Shown: piece after piece, positions 49,685 to 63,580 of the stretch | Position numbering within the stretch: the stretch's first letter is position 1 | Layout: each line of letters opens with the position of its first letter | Assembly (NCBI GenBank): GCA_028534125.1 | Contig: CM052818.1 | Location: 10,790,001-10,854,000 of the forward strand | Direction: 5' to 3' | Length of the DNA: 64,000 bases | DNA from: Lama glama | Taxonomy: Eukaryota | The notes under the pieces: model-generated | Told to the model about the DNA's origin: nothing | Databases searched by the model: none | The model's input: only the letters and a program-made list of their open reading frames with translations | Program-made: the position numbers and the translations under genes

Positions 49685-50480
49685 TATGACAGATTGCTGG
49701 ATCCCGTTCTCATTTTTTCCCTCTTATAAACACATCACCTGCATTGTTGCATACAATGGTGTGTCCAGCTAAAAATCTACGTGTTCCAGCCTCCCTTTCT
49801 TCTTCTTGTTTATGCCAGCCTATAGTTTCTGCAATATAGTTAGACTCTCTGACTCCAAGTAGTTGTAGAGGATGGAAGCTACATGCTATGGATGGAGGAG
49901 AAAAAGATGAAAGGAATCTGAGATACTGTTGCTCTATTTCTCACCTCTTGTGTATGCCTGTTATTCCAGCCACCGATAGGTGACTAGCTTTGCTCAGGTA
50001 CCTCTCCCTTCCTCATCCATAGAATCCCTAATCATTGCCTTCGTGTGGGACACTAGTAGGAACTTCTTTGATACCCAGTTAAATACTAATGCAGAACTGT
50101 TAGTGGTGGTGTATACAGAGAATTAACACATCTTGGGACTACCAAGTACCCTTACCCACAGGAGGTGGGGGACAATGAATCCATTGTCCTCTCTTTCTGT
50201 CAGAAGATCCTGAAATGTATTTCATAAAGCTTCTCCAGCAGCCCATGCAACACTGCAATAGGTCATCCATAGTGGTGATATCTCAATAAATTAACCTTGT
50301 ATTGGCATTCTTTTCTCCTCATGTGTACTCTCTCTGCGCTCAACTCCTGCCCATAAAAAAATGACTTGTATATTAGCCTTTGCCTCAGATTCCTCTTTCC
50401 AGAGATTCTAGGCAGTTACAGATGAAATCATGGGGTGCTAAATAAGCCCTGGATTGCCTAACTCTGAACTTTTTTTCTAA
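49685..50480 (+). mobile_element. LTR33-like element interrupted by an LTR16-like LTR (about 49950-50420)
   Basis: gtccagctaaaaatctacgtgttccagcctccc and agccctggattgcctaactctgaactttt flank tttcataaagcttctccag...aaccttgtattggcattc...ctttgcctcagattcctctttcc. Confidence 0.6.
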
Positions 50481-50517
50481 CAAGAGAGTTTTCAGCTTAA
50501 GAATTTCTATTTGGTTC

Positions 50518-51160
50518 TTTTTTTTTTTTTGTAAAAAATACTTTGAGTAGTTTTAGATTCTCAGCAAAACAGAGAGTATGGAGATTTTTCATATATGTTC
50601 TGCTTTTCCCACATGTGCAGCCTCCCCCATTAACAACATCCTCCACCAGAATGGTACATGTGTTACCACTGATGAACCTACACTGATGCATCTCATCACC
50701 CATGACTCAGAGTTTACGTTAAGAGTTCACACTTAGTGGTGTACATTCTGTGGGTTTGGACAAATGCATAATGACAATATTTGTCATTATACTATCATAT
50801 AGAGTATTTTCATTGCTTTATAAATTCCGTGGTCTCTACCTATTCATTTCCTCCCAAGCCCTTGCAACCACTGATCTTTTTAGTATCTCTATTGTTTCGC
50901 CTTTTCTAGAATGTCATATAGTTCAAATCGTTAGAGTGGCTTCTTTCACACAGTAATATGCCTTTAAAGCTCCTCCGTGTCTTTTTGTAGCTTGAGAGCT
51001 CATTTCTTTTTAGTGTTGAATGATATTCCATTGTCTGGATGTACCATAATTTAGTTATCCATTAACATGCTGAAGGGCATCTTGATCGCTTCCCAGGTTT
51101 GGAAGTTATGAATAAAGCTGCTATTGACATGTGTGTGCAGGGTTTGTGTGGACATTAGTT
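50518..51160 (-). mobile_element. L1MC1-like 3' end
   Basis: T-run, then catcctccaccagaatggtacatgtgttaccactgatgaacctacactga...gtacattctgtgggtttggacaaatg. Confidence 0.9.
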
Positions 51161-52165
51161 CTTTTTTATAATTTCTGTTTTTTAATTTATACTCTCTATT
51201 TAATGAAGCATTCTTCTTTATTGATATTGAAACAGTATTCCTTTAGTTCTTTGGTCATGGTTTCTTTAGTTCTCCGGACATATTTTAAATAGCTTATTTA
51301 AAGTCCTTCTACTAAGTACAATTTCTGGGTTTCTTGATGACAGTTTTTATTGACTGATTTTTTTTTTTTACTGTGCATAGGCCCTTCTTTCCTGTTTCTT
51401 TGTATGTCTTGTAATTTTTTTTTTGAAAATTAAAAATTAAAAAAACTTTTAAAAATATATTTAAACAATATAATGGTAAATCTGGAAATTAGGTTTACCC
51501 CCACCATCTACAGTTTTTGTTGTCACTGCTATTTGTTATTTTTGTAGCTGTTTGTTTGCTTAGTTGCTTTCCTTGCCTAATTATTTAATATTTGTATTCT
51601 TTTTCATGTGTGACCACTGAAATATCTGTGTGGTTAGCTGATTGGCTAGCCTATTAAACAAATCACACTGAGATCTTAGGTGTCTCGAACCAGTAACTTT
51701 CCGGGTTGGGGGCTGCTTTAAGAGGAAGAGCTTGAGAATAGTGAAATAAAGAAAAGCCATGCAATATGGGTTTTCTAGGAGACTTTCAGACAAGTAATAT
51801 GTGATAGTTATGTGGGTGTGGAATTTTTGATGAGGTTTAAACTTTTTCTGTCCATACCAGTGGCCCCTAGACTGCTGGGTTTTATGCCTACTCTGATTGT
51901 GATGACTTTTTTTTTGCTTTCAAGGATTCTGTGGAGCTGAAGAGAGAGTGATGGAAATGATAAATTAAAATGCAACAAAGTTTCCTGTTTTTCTCATGGT
52001 CCAGCTATTTTTCTTGAATAGACAGTTCTTAGATTATTGCAAGGCTTTGGTAAATTTCTGAGAATATTTATTTGACTATTTTGCTAGTGCTTGCATTACT
52101 TTTATAAAAAAAATGGAATTTTGCAGGTCTTTAACTCTGCCATTCAGGCTGGTGTTACTCCCAGA
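51161..52165 (-). mobile_element. Old L1M 5'/ORF1 region
   Basis: catggtttctttagttctccggacatattttaaatagcttatttaaagtc...ttcctgtttctttgtatgtcttgtaattttt. Confidence 0.7.
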
Positions 52166-52169
52166 ATTC

Positions 52170-54380
52170 TGTCTTAATTTAAGGATAAAGGGAAAACCAA
52201 AATAGTCTCAGACGAAAGAAAACTAAGAGACTTTGCCACCAAATAGACATTAGACATTTCTTTTCCTCTTGAGTTTTCTAAATTGTATTTGTTTAATGTG
52301 GCTTTCAGTGTATGTAGAAGAAACATTTAAGACAATTAGAGAGTAAATGTGGGAAGGTAAAGCAATGTAAAGAGAGATTTCTTCATCCAAACTGGTAAAA
52401 TGATGATACCAGTAGACTCTGATAAGTTGTGTGTATATAATGTAATACCTAGGGCCACCACTGAAAAAAATATAAAGAGATATAAGCTCAAAACCATTGT
52501 ATATAAATCAAAATAAAGTTATAAAGATGTATAACTAATCCATAAAAAGACAGGAAAAAATTAATGAAACAAAAACAGATAACAAAGAGGAAAAAAGTCA
52601 GACTTAAGCCCTAACATATCAGTAATAACTTTAAATATAAAAGGTTTAAATACACCAATTAAAAGGCGACAATTGGCAGGATTGGTTAAAAAATAACCTA
52701 GTTGTTGTCTATAAGAAATTTACTTCAAATATAATTATATAGGAATATTGAAAGTAAATGGATAGAAAAAGATATATTATGCTAATGTCAATTAAAAAAA
52801 CAGAGGTGGCTATATTAATATTATGTAAAGTATACTTCAGAACAAAGAAAATTGCCAAGGACATTACATACTAATTAATTGATCAGTACACCAAGAAGAG
52901 ATATCAATTCTAAGTGTATATACACCAGACAAAATAATTGAAAATATGTGAAGCAAAAACTGATAGAACTGAAAGGAAAAGTAGACAAATCCACAATTAT
53001 AGTTGAAAATTTCAATATCCCTCTTTCAATGATTGAGAGTACAACTAGGCAGAAAGTCAGTAAGATTATAGATGATCTTACAGGATCTGTTTGACATTTA
53101 TAGAACATTTCAACCAAAACAACAGAATATACTTTCTTTTCAAGTGCTTTTGGAATGTATTCTAAGATAGACCATATCCTGGACCATAAAACAAACCTTA
53201 ACACATTTAAAAGAATTGAAATCATACCAATTGTATTCTTTTACCACACTACAGCTAAATAAATAACCAATAGCAGAATTATAATGGGAAAAATACTACT
53301 TTGAATCCAAACAACACACTTCTAAATTACTCAGGGGTCAAACAGGAAGAACCAAGGGGCATTAAAGAATTACAAATATCTAAATGTAAATGAAAACACA
53401 GCGTATCAGAACTTGTGATACACCAATGAAATAGTGCTGAATGGGAAATTTATAGCAGTAAATTATTACAATAGAAAAAAGGAAAAGTCTCAAATCAATA
53501 ATATAAGCTTCCACCTCAAGAAAGTAGAAAAAAAAAAGAGCAAAATAAACTGAAGGAAAAAGAAGGAAGGAAATCATACAGATAAATGTAAAATACTGAA
53601 ACAATGGACAAAATCAATAAAACAAAGAGCTAGCTTCTTGGAAAAGATCAATGAAATTCACAATACTTTAAAATACTGACAAAAAAGAATAAAGACACAA
53701 CTTACCAATATCATGAGTGAAACAAGATATATCATAATAGACTGATGACTCTAAAAGGAAAATAAGGAATTGCTCTGTAACCATTGAGGAAATTCACTTT
53801 GTAAGTTAAAGTCTTCTGAAAAGGGATTTTCCAGGCCCAGATGGTTTCACAAAAGAAGCCTCCTAAACTTTAAAGAAGAATTAGCACAAGTTCTGCACAA
53901 TATCTTCCAGGAAGTAGAAGAGAAGAAAGCATTTCTCAACTCATTTTATAAAGCTCTTTTTAGCTTGATACAAAAACCAGACAGAAATAGTGCAAAAATT
54001 TTAACAGTAGAATTTATCAATGATGTTAATAACTGTTTTCTTTGAAAATACATATCTATATATCTCATAATTTGGCAAGACTGATTAAGAAAAAATAGAA
54101 CAATACTACATAAGCATTTGATTTGTGAAATGGGAAGTAATTACAGATGTGAGAAGATATTTAAATAACATGAGCACACCATGAGCATATTTAAGACAAT
54201 AATTATTATTTTATTTATATGGATATTATATATACACACATACAATTAATGCAAGAAAAAGTGGAAATCTTGACTGAATTAATAACAATAGAAGACATTG
54301 AAAGTCAGTCAGTTCTGGATTTCCAGTTCTAGTAATAATGAATAAATAGTGTAATCAAATATCCTGTTGAAAAAAAAAAA
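52170..54380 (+). mobile_element. Old L1 ORF1 end and ORF2 endonuclease-to-RT region, degenerate
   Basis: ISVITLNIKGLNTPIKR-like start near 52616; aagatagaccatatcctggaccataaaacaaacctt; ccaggcccagatggtttcac. Confidence 0.9.
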
Positions 54381-54406
54381 CCCGAAAAGTGTAGATGAAA
54401 TGTTAA

Positions 54407-54510
54407 ATATGTATGTATGTGTGTGTATATATATATACACACATTTGTATATATGTATGTGTGTATATATATACACACATATGTATATATGTATGTATGT
54501 GTACACATAT
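54407..54510. repeat. Compound (TA)/(TG)/(CA) microsatellite
   Basis: Near-continuous alternating purine-pyrimidine tract with two internal palindromes. Confidence 0.95.
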
Positions 54511-55760
54511 GCCTGAAAGCACTAGAGAACTATTAAGATGCTGAGAACCAAAACATAAGAGAAGTCAGAAATACAGAGAGGTGAGCCCAGAACCTGGTGG
54601 CCCATTTAATTCCAGTGCATTTGCTGATACCTGATTCAGTGAGCTGGAATAAGAACAAAGAACAGCAAGTAACTAGAAGATAAAAATAAATATTTTAAAA
54701 CTTTTATGCAAATGCAAGAATTAAACAATATACTTACCATAATTGAGAACTCCATCCACAGATTTAATAGCATATTAGGTACAGTTGAAAACAGAGATAG
54801 GAAGCTAGTGCATAGATCAGATGGAAAAAGTCATAAATGCAGCACATAGAAACAAACTGAAGGAAAATACAAAAGAGAGAAAAGAGACATAAAAAGATAG
54901 GTTTTAACATACATGCTAAGACATGTCCAGAAGAAAAGTAGAGAAACTTTAAGGAGAGTAATATTTGAAGAGGCAATAACTAAAATGTAAATGCAAATTA
55001 ACAGAAATCTCCGAGTCATAAGTTAAAGAAATTAAGAGAAAATTACACCTACGATTGTAAAACTACTAAAAACTTGGGACAAAGAATAAGATCTTAAATG
55101 CAGCTGAGCAAAAAGACATTATTTTCAAAGGAGCCACAACTTGACTGACAGCAGACCTCACTACAGAAGCAATGGAAGCCAGAAAACATTGAAATAATAT
55201 CCTCAATGTGCTGAAAGACAAAAAATTAACCTAGAATTTTATAAAAAGTGAAATTATCCTTCTGAAATAAAGATTTAAAAAACAGTAAAAAATTCATCTA
55301 TAAGAGTAACACATTAAAGAAATTTCAAAAGGTATTCTTTAGAAGGAAATGAAATGATTTAATAAAGAAAGGAGAACAAAGTACAAAAAGGTAAACATAT
55401 GGGTACATCTAAATGAATATTGATTATAAATTTAAGATGAATTGTATATTTTATAGTTTTACACACACAGAATCAAAATATACAACAATAGCATATAAGA
55501 TATAAAATTGGGAAATGGAGTAAAGAGTGTTTTGAGGTCTTTGAAATGTCTGGGAAAAGATGAAAGTTAATTCTTCTAAATGTTTTGAAATGTTTCTAAA
55601 ATTGACAATTTTCAGTTTTTGAATAAAACTGATGAGATCTCTGGTATCAAATGATGAAATTCCAACCTGAAAGATCAATTAGAAGAAAAGGATCTAACAG
55701 AAAAAAAAGTAGTAATAAAATGTAGTAAAGAGTTGTAGTAACATAGGACAAATGAATCAC
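54511..55760 (+). mobile_element. L1ME/HAL1-like 5' and ORF1 region
   Basis: gactgacagcagacctcactacagaagcaatggaagccagaaaacattgaaataatatcctcaatgtgctgaaaga...aacctagaatt. Confidence 0.8.
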
Positions 55761-56639
55761 CATAGGTTGTACCTTTCAGCTGAATTTAGTGTTTCAGAAC
55801 ATTTAGAACATAAAGACTTTAAAGATTACTCTTGAAAAGATCTCTCCCTAATATTCTGATGCATAAGTGACTCTATATACTGTCTGATATTTACTGCAGA
55901 GCTGGGGACTTGTGCAGAAATATTCCATCCTCCACCTCTTCATTCCACACTTCCCTTATTATTCTGGTTAGATGAAGAGCGTATTGACTTCTGTTCCAAG
56001 CATGTCTTTCTTAGTAGGACTCCCTTTCTGGACCCTAGGGACCTTGAGCAACTAGTTCTGCCAGCGGTTCTGTATTTTTGGATGATGAAAATTGATTTTC
56101 CTCCTTTTAGCAGGTGCAGTCTCTGAGGGAGCCTCTCCCCTCATGACCTGTGCAGATTATGCCATCGATAGTGGGAGAGGGGACAAGGAAGAATGTTTGG
56201 AGCACTCAACACACGGCACCAAGGGGACCCATGAAGGCTTGCAGAAATGAAGGTGCACTCGAAAAAAGGTAATAGTAAACTTAGTTTAGAACTGTTTCCT
56301 TCTTGTACTTCTTGGACAAGTTCAGTGTCTATATGCATTTTCTAGGATTATCTAAGTGGGCAGACTTTCATGTAGGGCTTAATATGGTCTGTACAGTTCT
56401 CAATGGATCATTCTTGTTAAACTTGAATAATGGGAAGACTCCTTTAAAGGAAAAGAATAATAATTATAAAGGATCTCAGTGTGGCTTAAATTTTATTTAT
56501 TATAATATGCCTATGTTTTTTCCAAACTTGTCTTACTGTGCTTGTAAACTGTTTACAACTATGAAAGTCTGGCTACAGAGATGAGACTTGGTACATGTTG
56601 GAAAAACTCGGAGATTTTGATTTGGAAAATAAACGCTTA

Positions 56640-57030
56640 AGTACATTTTGTGCTTGCATATAGGATAGATTTGGGGTTTTGATAGAGACAGGGTGACTAG
56701 TTAGAAAGTTATTGCAAGTTTTTAAGTATAAGATGCTAAGAGTCTGAATGAGTGTATGGTGGCCATGAGAGCAGGGAACAGAGGTAAGTGCAGGTAGGAA
56801 AACAGGAGTTGCTCTATGAAAGATGAGAGAACACAGGAGATGAGCCTTCCAACGTTCTTGATATTTTTAGATACTCGTTTTAAAAAGATGATACTGGCAT
56901 CTAGCAGTATAAGTTAGTGTCAGTTGCTGAGACATTCGGAGCTCGAGAAAGAAAGGCTGTGGTTGGAGGTTAGGATCACCAGGCGGGTTTACATGAAAAC
57001 CAAGTCATTCTGGAGTGCATACATAGGACA
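56640..57030 (-). mobile_element. L2 fragment
   Basis: agagacagggtgactagttagaaagttattgcaag...taagatgctaagagtctgaa. Confidence 0.65.
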
Positions 57031-58003
57031 AACAGACAGTCTTCCCCAACTTGAGACAGGTTCTAGGGGAAGCCACACAGAACAATAGTTCTTCTAGACA
57101 GCCAGAAAGTTTGGACACTGCAGGTATCGTCCAATTGCTCTGTGGTGCTCTAGGTTAATTTTCCTCCTTCAACTGTTGCATGTCTATAAATAGTAGTTTG
57201 TCTCCTTGTCTTCTGCTTGTCAGAGCAGAAGGTAAAGAAGGAATACTTTTTAATGCTTCAGGTAATTATATAGTATGGAGGAATTCTAGGAGGGGATGAA
57301 AGAGAATATGCAGGGTTAAAGCCCAAGAAAAACACTTGGAATACTCACAAGAAAGCAAAATCAGGGTCATACGACAGAGGACAAAATGAAAAGGATGTAA
57401 GAAGCAACTAAAGATACCCCATTTTGATCCAGATGGGATGGATATAACCATGAGTAGAAATGAGTATTAATTTCAAATTATTCTGAGTTTGAAGGGATAA
57501 GTGATGCTCCAAGCAAAGAGCGGGACTTGTATTGCTGGAAAAATGTCTGTGTCATTCAAATTATACAAGGGATGATATCTTAGTGATTTGACCAAGAGCT
57601 CTGAAGATAACTTTGAAAGAAACAAAATTGCCCATTGAAAACCCTAAGGGAAAAATATTAAGGGCAAGTAGAGCAAATGGTGTGCCCTAGAGATTGTGCC
57701 CCTTGTTCTTCTGTAAGAGTGATACGGGCTTTCATATGTTAATACAACAGGTGATCAGTGTGGATTACAAACAGTTAAATTAAAATTTTGGTACAGTGAC
57801 TAAAAACATATACTTGGCATGTGACTTGTGATTGGAATAGAGAAACACAAGAGCAAATCTCCCTGATTGTAGCTTATGTAAAAAGTCGTTTTGGCATTAA
57901 TTGAATCAACATGGGAATCGATGCTTTGAGGAGGGATCGTAAATATATATTATATAATATATAATGATACACTACATATTATGCATACATATATATGAAG
58001 TTC

Positions 58004-58488
58004 ATGGTCCCACATCTGAAATACGGTTCACATTTCTGGATCCCACATTGTAAGGACACATTGCAAAAGCTAGAGGTTGTTCAGAGGAGCCCATGGAAAA
58101 ATGCCATGTCTGACAATCATTTCATGGGACAGAAGGCCAAGAGAAGAAAATACCAGTCATGTTGCATGGCTATTCTTCTAAGTATTTGGAGAGCTGTTGT
58201 GTTGAGGAAGGAGGCCATCTCTGTCATGCTAGGGGGCAAAACTTGAACCAACAGGCTATATTTTCCATGAAGATGGAATATAGCAAGTATAAGCCAAAAC
58301 TTTCTTTGTAACAGTAGAACCTTCCCCACCTCAGAACAGCCTCCCCGTGAGTCAGGGCTGTTTTGTCACTAGGAGTGACCAAGCGGAGGTGGGGTGACAA
58401 CTGCCAGAATTACCACAGAGGATTTATTTGTTGGACGGAAGGTTGGGCTAGGTTAGTCTTGAGGTTCCTTCCAACTTCAGAATGTTAT
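58004..58488 (+). mobile_element. L3/CR1 ORF2 C-terminus and 3' end
   Basis: PHLKYGSHFWIPHCKDTLQKLEVVQR resembles CR1 PHLEYCVQFWAPH...KLERVQR. Tail: ggttgggctagg...gaggttccttccaact. Confidence 0.85.
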
Positions 58489-60049
58489 TATTGTCTGAAA
58501 GTAAAGATCGGACTATTTCAGCTGTAGGGCACCTCTTCATACATGGCTTACAACTGGTCTGTAAAAGTAAACTGAAGGGAGAGATTACAAAAAAAAAAAA
58601 AAATCAGCCAGAGCAAGGCTAGGATAATGGGAAATACTTTCATATGGGACACTTTTGAAAGTGACAACACGTTTTTAAACAGACAAGATTGTGGACAGAT
58701 GGATATGGACAGTATAGCTATGGATACAGATAGTTATTCATTGCTTTATGAACATACCTCATGCTCAAAAACATCCAGATGTTTTAAGGGATCTTCCAGC
58801 AAACACTTCCTCAAGTGGCAAGGGAGGAGTTAATCCTTTGTCCTCAAAGCCCACAGTAATGTTTATCAACTCCAGAGCAGGCCTCCTTTCTTCCTTTTGG
58901 TGAGTTAAGTCTGTCTTTGCTTTGTTTGACGCTGCCCATTTGAGGAAAGCTTATCCCTGACCTTCTGCCAGAGAGACTGATGACAAGGACGGTTTGCACT
59001 AACCTTGACATTCACCAGGGTAAATGGCTTTTTCCACAAGTAGTCGGCAAACAAGGAGAGCCAGTCAAGAGCTAATGAATCTGCACCTGAGAGAAACTGA
59101 ACAACAATTGTGCTTTTAAAGAAGAAAAGAGTCCTTGGAAGGTGCGGGCCCATCTGGTGCTTAAAGGTTTAGGGGAAATTAACTCTTTTAAACAATGCAG
59201 TTTGAAAATAAATAAATAAAAACAACCCCTGGATGTAAAGTCTGCCATAAAGGGTCCTTTTTAAGTTTGACCTTCTGGTCTTTCCTGCCCTGAATGAACC
59301 CTCAGTGCCATTCTGTGGAGCTCGGGGAAGATAGAGTAATGTTGCAGAGTGACCAGGATGGCAAGGCACATTTTTTTCCAGCCACCACTTGACCGCACTC
59401 AGCCCCAGTCCTTCTCCACTAAGCTCAAGCAAAGTAAATTGTGAATCTTATTTTTTTAAGGGTGGCTCAATTTATCTACTGTATATGTTATTAAAAACCC
59501 ACAAAAAGCAATACTGAATGGAACTTCCCTATTATAGACAGTCAGACAAACTAATATTCTCTAAGGGATCCCTGTGGCCACTTATAAATCCTGCTGGTCA
59601 AACTAAAAATTGTAGCCCTATGATATTTTGCATCCAGATCCACACCAATACTCTTATTTCTCCAGTGTTGAATGCTCTATTTTAATTGTATTTGTATTTT
59701 ACAATCTATTTCTTTATAATTTTGGCCTAATGCAAACCTACTAATACTGTTCTTTATTTGGGGTATGTATACCTTGGCTCTTCACTAGATTTGTAAAAAA
59801 AAAAAAATTCAGGTAATAAGACATTTGTTCATCCACCACAATATGTTACTCAATTCTGGGATACTTAAGAGCTTATCATAAAAATGTATGCTGGTGCCTT
59901 TAAAAAGCTGACCAACTATATTTTCCCAAGCTTCCATCAGATTTTTTTTTTTTTCTGACCATCATGTAATGTCAGTGCTGGAGTTCTCCCCCAGATAACA
60001 TTATTCACCACAGCAAAAGTGTTTCTACATTTCCATTAGTCTCTGTTTC

Positions 60050-63000
60050 TCCTTTATTTTTAATTATACTTTAACATACATAGAAAAAATGCATACATTT
60101 TAAATGTACAATGCAAGACATTTTTATAAAGTGACACATCACCTGGGCAACCAAAACCCAGATGAAGAAATAGCATGTTATCAATACACTGGAAGCTTTC
60201 CTCATGCCTTGTCATAGTCACCTCTTTTCCAAGTGTCCTGTGTGTCTAGATTTTTTGCCTAGTGTTATGTTTGTGAAATTTTACTCATGTGCTTTAGTGT
60301 AGCTGTAGCTTGTTCATTTTCAGTGCTACATAAAATTTCATGGTATGAATATACTACTATTTATTTATCCAGTCTCTTGTTGACAAACATTTGGGTTGTT
60401 TCCTTTTTTTTTTTATTGTAGTTGGTTGTTATTAGGAATAATGCTGCTATATACATTTTTATACATGTATGTATTTTTGTTGGGAATGAAATTACGAGGT
60501 CATATGTAGTGTATATGTCAGCTTTAATAGATATTATCAAATAATATTCTTAAGGTATAAGAGTTTCTCTTGCTCCAAATCCTCTCAATGCTTGATATTA
60601 CAATACTTTCTTCCTTCCTTTCCCTTACTGCCTTGTCTTCATTTTCTTTCTATTTTAGCTACTTAGTGGGAAGAGAGGAGTGGTTAAATTGTGGTTTTGA
60701 TTTCCATTTCCTTAATACTAATGGTGTCAAGCATCTTTTCAGATGTTACTTGGCTTTTTGGACATCCTCTTTTGTGTAGTGACTTTTCAGGTTTTTTGCT
60801 CATTATCCTACTGAGTTGTCTTTTTATTATATGTTATAGATTTGTTCAGATTAATATATATTAATATATTGCAGTATGTTCCCCCACTATGTGGTTTGCC
60901 TTTTCATGTGTCTTTTGATAAAAAAAACTTTTTAATTTTAATGAGATTCAATTTACTAATATTTTTCTTTATGCTTAGTACTATTTATGTTCCACTTAAA
61001 AATTTTTTGCCTTCACCAAGATTGTGAAGAAATTGTCCTTTGTGTTGTCTTCCAGAAGCTTTGCTGTTCTACCTTTATATTTTACTCTAGAATCCAGCTG
61101 AAATTGATTTTTATATATATGTGAAGGGATCAAGATTTATTTTTATATGACTATTCAGTTGGCCTAGCAATGAACCTTTACATTAAAGCAATCATACATC
61201 TGTTGGTTTCTTTGTGGATTCTCTGTTCTGTCCATTGAAAAGTCTGTTCTTCAGAAATATTGCACAGTATTCTTTATTGTAATAATTGAAAAATGGCTGT
61301 AAAACTTAATCAGACTTTATTCTTCTTCAAGATTGTCTTGAATATTCTTGGTCTTTGAATTTCTATATGCATTTTAGAATTAGCTAATCACTTGTACACA
61401 TACATACATATATACATAGCCTGCTAGTATTTTGATTGGTATTATACTGCTTAAATAAATTAATTTGAAAAGAATTGTGTTAAATAGAAGTGAATTGTTT
61501 GGTTTATAAACTTTTGGGTGTTTTCTAATTGTAGCGTATTGATTGCTATCATAATTTTACTGTTTTCAGGGAACAAACTCAATATGATGTCAATATTCAA
61601 AACTTTTCAAAACTTGCTTTTGCTCTATATTTTAAATATTCCATTTGTTTTTAAAGAAAATTTTTATTCTGTAGTTTTGCAGTTCCTCATTTTATATGTA
61701 ATTTAGGTTAAATTGATCATTTATGTCACATATATTCAACATATAACAATCAGTTGCCGAAAGTGTTTTTTAAAAGTCCAAAATGATTGTGTATTTTATG
61801 ATTCTATGTTTAGTTTTGCCAGGTTTTGCCTTACCTATTTTAAGACTATATTATTAGTTACATAAAAATTGAGAATTCTTATATCGTAGTCAACTGACCT
61901 TTTTGTTATCATGAAGCATTTCTTGTTCTCTTCAATAATGCTTCTTAACTAAAAGCCTATATAAGCTGGTATCAGGTTACCTAAATAGGCTTTCTGTCGG
62001 TTACTGCTTACATTCTAAACTTCTCCTATCAGTCTTTACTTATCTTGATATTTAAGGCAAAGTGCTATTGGGTTTTGTTTTTCATCCAGGAAGGTAATTT
62101 TTATTTCTTATTTGGAGTAATGAATCCATTTACATTTAATATAATTACCCTGGGGGCTTAAATCTACTATTTTATCATGATTTATTTACATCATCTATTC
62201 TATTTTTCCTCAACTTGTTGCCTTGTTTTTTGTTAATCCAGTAACTATTTTGATATTTCTTTCTCTTCTTCTATTACGTTTCAGTCATGTATTCCTTTGT
62301 TATACTTTTAGTTGACTCTAGATATTACAATATGAATCCTTGACTTATTACAGTTTATTACAAGTTGGTAGTTTTCTACTTTTCTGACAATGCAAGGGAT
62401 AATTTAACCCATTTACTCTCCTTCCCAAATATGTGCTAATCTTGCCTTTAATTCTCTGCATATCCTAAACCACATACAACTGTTCTTTAGTGTTTTATTC
62501 ATTCAATATTCATGTAGGTTTACCCACATATTTACCATTGCATATTTCTTCATTCTTGGACCTCCAAGCTTCTATCTGGATTTTCCTTCCATTTGTGGAA
62601 CATTTTCTGACAATTCTTTTGTTTTAGGTATATTGATGATGATTTCTTTCAGTTTTTGTCTGAAAATGACCTTTATCATTGATATTTTTGAAAGAGAAAT
62701 TTTCCAATTTAGAGTTACTTTGAGAGTTATTTTCTCTAGCACTTTCAGATTGCATTCTATTTTTGTCTGGCTTCATTGTTTCTCTTGAAAAGTCAGCTGT
62801 GTATTTTGATATTGCTCCTTGGAAGATAATTATCAGTAAATCATGATGTCTGTTTCTGTCTTTTTAATATTTTACCTTGTCCTTGGTTATATGCAATTTT
62901 TCTACATTGTGACTGGGTGTATTTTTCTTTGAATTTATCTTGCATGTGGTTCACAGTTATTCATTTCTGTGGCTTGATATTTTTTCTTAATTTTAGACAA

Positions 63001-63580
63001 CTTTTTTGCTATTTTTTTTAACATCTTGCTTATGTCCCTTCTGTAAGTCTAATTACATGTGTATTAGACTTTTACATGATATCCTTTATGTCCTTTACAT
63101 TTTTCTACCCTGCCTCCATCTGGATATTTTTCTTTCTGCTTCTGTGTGTAATGTGTGATAAATCTGTTTACTGAGTTCTTCCTTTAGTTATTGAATTTTT
63201 AATCCATAATTTCCATTTTATTTTTCATTAGATTCATCTTATCTATTTTCATGGTATATTGGCTTGATTGCCTTGGTAGCACTGACATCCAGATTTCATC
63301 ACCCAGACAAATGTGACTACTGAAAGCCCTAAGCCACCATTTTATTCTTGGCTTTCCTTGACCTTGGGCCACTTATTTATGGTAAAATGCCTCAAGGGAA
63401 AATTAGAATACAAGGCCAACTCACCTGAATGTTTTTTCTTTTCTTCCAAAATCATGGTCCCTCAAGTCTTTAGATATCTTTATTGCTCTTCGCGTCTTCA
63501 AATAACTGTATTTTATAACTTGTCTGGATTTTGTAAATCTCTACAGAAGGGTTAGTCTGAGACAATATACTCAACATCGG
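60050..63580 (-). mobile_element. L1ME/HAL1-like fragments (3' end near 60050, ORF2 and ORF1 beyond)
   Basis: aaacatttgggttgtttcc, ttgtggttttgatttccatttccttaatactaatgg, tttattcttcttcaagattgtcttg, ctctagcactttcagattgcattc...tgaaaagtcagctgt. Confidence 0.85.

Noticed and set aside
57944..57963. 20-bp perfect AT palindrome
   Set aside because: Low-complexity TA sequence; expected by chance.
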